Notes under the pieces: generated by a model
Told to the model about the DNA's origin: nothing
Seen by the model: the letters and a program-made list of their open reading frames with translations, nothing else
Databases searched by the model: none
Position numbers and translations under genes: made by a program
NCBI RefSeq assembly: GCF_009914755.1
Contig: NC_060927.1
From: the human T2T-CHM13v2.0 reference genome, Homo sapiens
Direction: 5' to 3' (one strand)
Length of the DNA: 64,000 nucleotides
Shown here: positions 58,487 to 64,000 of the stretch, piece by piece
How the letters are laid out: every line of letters starts with the position of its first letter
Position numbering within the stretch: the first letter of the stretch is position 1

Positions 58487-59405
58487 ATGGAAACAAATAA
58501 GACACAGATTATGAACTCCGTCCTCCAAGGACTTACAGATCTTCTAGAGCTGCAGGCGCCCTTGTTCCTGGTGTTCCTGGTGATCTACCTTATCACCACG
58601 GTGGGCAACCGTGGCCTGATGGCTCTCATCTGGAAGGATCCCCACTTTCACACCCCCATGTGCTTATCCCTCGGCAGTTTAGCCTTTGCAGATGCATGCA
58701 CTTCATCTTCTGTGACTCCCAAGATGTTCGTACATTTTTTATCTAAGAATCATATGATATCCCTGGTTGGGTGCATGATCCAGTTTTATATTTTTGCTTC
58801 CGGTGCAAACACAGGAAGTTTCCTCCTGGTAGTGATGGCCTATGACTGTTATATGGCCATATGTAACCCTTTGCTTTATCCTCTAGTGATGTCCAATACC
58901 TTCTGCATTCAATTATCAGGTGTTTCATTTATTATTGTTTTTTTCATCCTATAACGCATGTGGGTTTGTTATTTCAATTAACTTTCTGCAAGTCCAATGT
59001 AATACATTATTTCTACTGTGATATTTTACAACTGTTTAAAATTTCCTGTACTGACCCTGGAGTAATATGCTCCTGGTTTTTGTATTTTCAGTCTTTATAC
59101 AATCTTTCACTTTTATGACTATCATCGTCTCTTACTCCTATGTCCTCTTGGCCATCCTGAAAAAGAAGTCTGAGAAGGGTAGAAGGAAAGCTTTCTCCAC
59201 TTGCAGTGCCCATCTGCTTTCTGTCTCTTTGTTCTATGGCACTCTCTTCTTCATGTATGTGTGTCCTGGGTCTGGATCAGCTGCAGATCAGGACAAAATA
59301 TATTCTTTATTTTACATGATAATAATTCCTCTGGTAAATCCTTTTATTTACAGTCTGAGGAATAAAGAGGTCATAGGTGCATTGAAGAGAATAATAAATA
59401 AATAA
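58487..59405 (+). pseudogene. OR5AC4P: Olfactory receptor 5AC-subfamily pseudogene with two 1-bp deletions
   Basis: METNKTQ...[11 protein letters not shown]...[15 protein letters not shown]; 1-nt deletions near 58937-58944 and ~59063; [22 protein letters not shown]; 919+2 nt = 306 aa. Symbol inferred from gene order. Confidence 0.88.
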
Positions 59406-60384
59406 ACAGTTTTTAAGGCAAATTTCTAACTTCTTCTTTTTAAACTTTGCAAAAATAGGGGGCCTCGAGTTATACAAATTAGCCTTGGCTTTACAATTTT
59501 AACAGAATGTTGGTGTCCATGAGAGTTTCTGAGTGCTGTGTGATGAGAGTCTGCTCCAATAGAGATTTGCTTCAATGGAAAGGGGTCTTCATATAACACA
59601 AAACTGAATTATTTGTAAAATTCTTTCTTGAAAAATAGAAAATTCTTTTTTTAATTGAGCATTTAGAATTTAAAAGTGTTTACTGTGTAAATTCCTACTA
59701 GATTAGATATAGTAGTTTATAATTTTTCTGTGGCGGAAAGTTGAGTGTTTCTTTTTTGGGTTTGTTATGACTGATCCCAGACAACTGTCCAGAGCCTGTG
59801 TTTTGAAAGTCTTGCTGCTTTTCAACTATTCAGAGACTCAGGTAAAGTGACTTCTTTGAGGAAACTGTCTTTGAAGAGAAAACTTTCTTTGTAGTGAAGA
59901 AAAGTGTAGACTCTAGAATGTTGGTAGAATTTAGGACTAATGGAAGATGAGATAAAATAAAAAGTGGACTGTTGAATAAAAGTATGGCTTAAATTTGTGA
60001 GAACACATAGTACACCTTACCAGGGAAATTATAGGCAATAGTGGCATTCAAGATTTTGTGGATTTTGGAAGATTTCAGGCTATGTGACCTCAAGAATTAA
60101 TGGTCTGCTCTACTATATTTATGTACACTTACTGTAGCAAAAACTCAGAAATTGTATAGTGACTATTCTTACAATTTCTTAAATTTTTATTATTCAAGTA
60201 AAATTATTTACTACTGCATTTACACAATGTAACATGTCTAAATTTGAGTAAGTGTCACTATGGAATGGTTCTGAAATGCTTTTTAAAGGCCTTCAATATA
60301 ATCTTTATTTTTCTGTCATTGACCATTCTGTAAGGAACGTATAGTGACTTTGTTGACAGAAGCAGACTATGGACATAGGAACAG

Positions 60385-63067
60385 ATAGTTTGTTGTTAGT
60401 GTATAAAAAAGCAACTGATTTCTGTATGTTCATTGCAACATCACTGAATTTGTATCGGTTTCAATAGTTTTTGGTGAAGTCATTAGAATTTTTCCTGCAA
60501 GATATCATGTAATCTGCAAAGAGAGACAATTGTCTTTCTCTCCTTCCAACTCAAATGCCTTTTATTTATCATTTTTCTTGCCAAATTGCTCAGGTTTGAA
60601 CTTCCAGTACTATGGTGAACAGAAATAGTGACAGTGGGCAATCTTGTTTTGCTGCTGATTTTAGAGGAAAATCTTTCAGCTTTTTTTACTGAGTATGATA
60701 GCTGTGAGCTTATCATATGGGTTTTATTATGCAGAGGTATATTTCTTGTATGCCTAATTTGTTGAAAGTTTTTATCATGAAAGGATAGTGAGTTTTGTCA
60801 AATGCTTTTTTTCACGTCTATTGAGATAGTCATATGGTGTGTTGTCCTTCATTCTGTTAGTGTGGCATTTCACATTCATTGATTTGCACACTTTGAAACA
60901 TTCTTGCATCTGAAGAATCAATCACACTTGATCATGATGTATGATGTTCCTTTTGTTGTATTCTTAAATTTGGTTTGCCAATATTTTATTGAGAAGTTTG
61001 CAGCTATGTTTATCAGAGATATTGGCCTGTAATTTTCTTTTCTTGTCCAGCTTCAGAGTCATAGTTCAGAATGATTCTGGCCTTGTGAACAAGTTTGGAA
61101 GTATTCTTTCCTCTTTAATTTTCAGAAGAGTTTGAGAAGGATTGATATTAATTATTCTTTAATTGTTTTGTAGAATGCACCAATGACACCATCTCATCTT
61201 GGGCTTTTTTTGTTAGGGGGTTTTTGATTACCGATTCTACCTTCTTACTCATTTTTGGTATGTTCAGGTTTTCTATTCATGATTCTCTTTTGGCTAGTTG
61301 TATGTGTCTAGGAATTTACCCATTTCTTCTAGGTTATTCAATTTTTTGGCAAATAAGTGCTCATAATAATCTCTTATGATCCTTTGTCTTTCTTTAAAAT
61401 TAATTGTAATGTCTCCTCTTTCATTTCTTTATTTTATTTGTGTCTTTTTTTCTTTGTTAGTCTAGCTAAAGGTTTGTCAAGTTTTAAAATCTTTTTAAAA
61501 AACCAATCTTAGTTTGGTTGGCCATTTCTATGTTTTTTTCTTGACTCCATTTCACTTATTTCTGCTCTTATCTTTACTATTGCTGTTGTCTTCCTTCTGC
61601 TAACTTTTGTTTGTCCTTCTTTTCCTAGTTCCTTTTGGTGTAAATTAGATTGTTTATTTGAGATCTTTCCTTTTTCTCAATGGAGGCACCTACTGCAATA
61701 AACTTCTTCCTTAGAACTACTTTTGCTGCCTCGAGAAGTTTTGGGATGTTGTATTGCCATTGTCATTTTATCTCAAGATATTTTTAAATTTCCCTTTTGG
61801 TTTTTCCCTTAATGCATTGGTTTTTCAGGAATGTGTTATTTAATTTCTATGTACTAGTGACTTTTTCAATTTTCCTCCCTGTTTTGATTTCTAGTTTCAT
61901 ATCGTGACCAGAAAGAAAACACAATATAATTTCAGTCTTCTTAATTTTGTTAAGACTTGTTTTGTGGCCTAAAATATGATCTATCCTGAAGAATGTTCTG
62001 TGTGTACTTGAGAAGAATGTATATTCTGCTACTTTGTATGGAATGTTCTGTATATGTCTGTTAGGTCCACCTAGTCTAAAGTGTAGTTTAGGTTCAAAGT
62101 TTCTTTATTGATTTTCTGTCCCAATGCTCTATCCATTGTTGGAAGTTGGATACTAAATTCCTTACTATCATTGTATTGCTGTATATTTCTCCCTTTACTT
62201 CTGTTAACTGTATTTTTAGGTGTGCCAATGTTGGGTGCATGTATAATTGTTATGTCTTCATGATGGATTGACCCCTTTATCACTATATAGTACCCTTCTT
62301 TATCTCTTGCTATGATTTTGACTCAAAGTATATTTGGTCTCATATATGTATAGCAATCTGTTTTCTTTTGGTTTCCTATTTCATTAAATATCTGTTTCCA
62401 TTCCTTCACTTTCAGCCTGTAACTCCCCTTAAAGCTAAAGTGAATCTTCAGTGGGCTCAGTGGTTCATGTCTGTAATTCAAGGACTTTGGGAGACTTGGG
62501 CAGAAGGATTGCTTGAGGGCAGGAATTTGAGACCACCATGGGCAACATAGCAAGATCCTGTCTCTGCAAAAAATTAAAATATTAGCCAGATGTGGTGGCA
62601 TGCACCTATAGTCCCAGCTACTTGTAGGCTGAGGTAAGAGGAGTGCTTGAGCCCAGAAGTTCAAGCCTGCATTGAGTTATGATTGTGCCACCGAGCTCCA
62701 GTTTGGGTGATGGAGTGAGACCCTGTCTCTAAACAAACAAGTAAATAAAGTAAGTCTCTTGTAGGTAGCATATAGTAGGGTCATATCTTTTATCCATTCA
62801 GCCACTCTATGTCTTTTGATGGGAAAACTTAAACTATTTCCATTTAAAGTAACTATTGGTAGGTAATAGTTACTGATGACATCTTATTAATTTTTTTGTG
62901 TGTTGATTTTCAGGTCCTTTGTTTCTTCTTCCTCTTTCAGTGTCTTGCCTTGTGCTTTGTTGTTGTGTGTAGTGATATACTTTGATTCTTTTCTTTTGGT
63001 GTGTCTGCAATATGTTTTAGTTTTGGGGTTACCAGAAGACTTACATAAAATATTTTCTACTTACAAT
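60385..63067 (-). mobile_element. L1MA/L1MB-type ORF2 fragment
   Basis: Antisense L1 (cttccagtactatggtgaacagaaatagtgacagtgggc; gagaagaatgtatattctgct); translation IKGSIHHEDITIIHAPNIG of the endonuclease region. Confidence 0.88.
62449..62746 (+). mobile_element. AluJ inserted in L1
   Basis: ggattgcttgagggcaggaatttgagacc and gcttgagcccagaagttcaagcctgca are J-type features. Confidence 0.88.
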
Positions 63068-63069
63068 AG

Positions 63070-63413
63070 TGAGACAGCCAAGTATAAAGAGGTCCTCAGA
63101 GAACCTCTGAGCAGTCTGTGCATTGGGAGGAATGTGCACTGGGGTGGAGCCTCAGGAGGTTTGTGTCTGTTTGCAGTAGGGAGGAGCCTGGCCCCTCCTC
63201 TTCCTGGGTGCAAACTGAGATTTAATCTGTGGGGAGGGAAGCCAATGTTAGCAGGAATCTCACTCTGCTAAGAGTCCCTGTTTCTCCCTTTTTTCCTTTT
63301 CACTCAATAAATTCCATTTTTCTCACCCTTCAAAGTGTCTGCAAGCCAAATATTTCATGGCTATGTGACAAGGACCTGGCTCTTAGCTGAACTAAAGAGA
63401 AAGTCCTACAACA
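63070..63413 (+). mobile_element. ERV1 5' LTR (MER61-like)
   Basis: tgagacagccaagtataaag...aataaa (~63307)...aaagtcctacaaca. Confidence 0.82.
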
Positions 63414-64000
63414 GCTTTGGCACCCACAACGTGGGGCTTGAGAAGGGGTGAGTGAAATGGGGACTCAAAACTTCTCACTGTTGCTTCTGAGCCTTTTGGT
63501 CCTATGGCATTCCTCTTCTTTTTTTCACGACAGTAGCAGCACCTGTTTTTTCTTTTATAATACCTGAGCTCCCCAAAGGAGACAAGTGTGCATGCAGGCC
63601 AGTTGGACAGGGCAGCTCTCTGCTCCCCTTTCCCTACCAGCCTGGGTGCATGGCCATGTCTGCTGCATGTGTGCATGGTGTCCAACTTTCACACAGGGCG
63701 TGAATGAGCCACAGCGGCTGCCAGGGCCCCAAGGCACCCTGTGTGACTGTCTAGCATTCCCTGCTATGCGCCCATGGAGTCTTCTCCTCCTCTAGCCAGG
63801 GAGGTCAGCTCCCATCCCACAGCAGTTAAGCGTTTTTCCCTGGTGGAGGAACCAGTTGCATAAGAATAAGAAGTTCTTTCTCAGACATGTTTAAATTGAT
63901 TTTTTTTCTTCCCTTTTTCCACCCTGTCAGCAGTTAACTTTTAAACAAGGTTTTCTTTTTAGAAGATGTTTTACTAGGCTAGGAATGATAAGGATCACTG
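63414..64000 (+). mobile_element. ERV1 internal leader with tRNA-Lys-like PBS; runs off the window
   Basis: TGGCACCCACAACGTGGGGC at 63418-63437 resembles the Lys(CUU) PBS TGGCGCCCAACGTGGGGC; GGTGAGT donor-like site follows. Confidence 0.78.

Overview
Primate (almost certainly human) genomic DNA from an AT-rich olfactory-receptor cluster. Four family-5 OR paralogs lie in tandem on the + strand: a decayed pseudogene (~6.6-7.5 kb, probably OR5BM1P); OR5AC1 (18220-19144), broken only by one extra T in a T7 run; intact OR5AC2 (40921-41850, 309 aa); and a doubly frameshifted pseudogene (58487-59405, probably OR5AC4P). Gene names are from recall of the proteins and gene order, not a search. Most of the remaining sequence is retroelement: Alus, a full-length L1PA, older L1s, L2/MIR, MaLR and ERV1 LTRs, two ERVL-type pol fossils and the start of a MER61-like provirus. 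I found no new protein-coding system. The strongest unannotated structure is a triplicated ~5.5-6 kb gene cassette: an L2 remnant, a conserved homeodomain + O/E(EBF)-like promoter block, a conserved splice donor, an intron, an AG|TGA acceptor, the OR CDS and a 3' block. Other notable items are discordant CDS-versus-flank similarity suggesting gene conversion, an ERVL LTR just behind OR5AC1, an ORF0-frame remnant in the L1 and an 81-nt near-perfect hairpin. Repeat subfamily calls and old-element boundaries are by eye and approximate.
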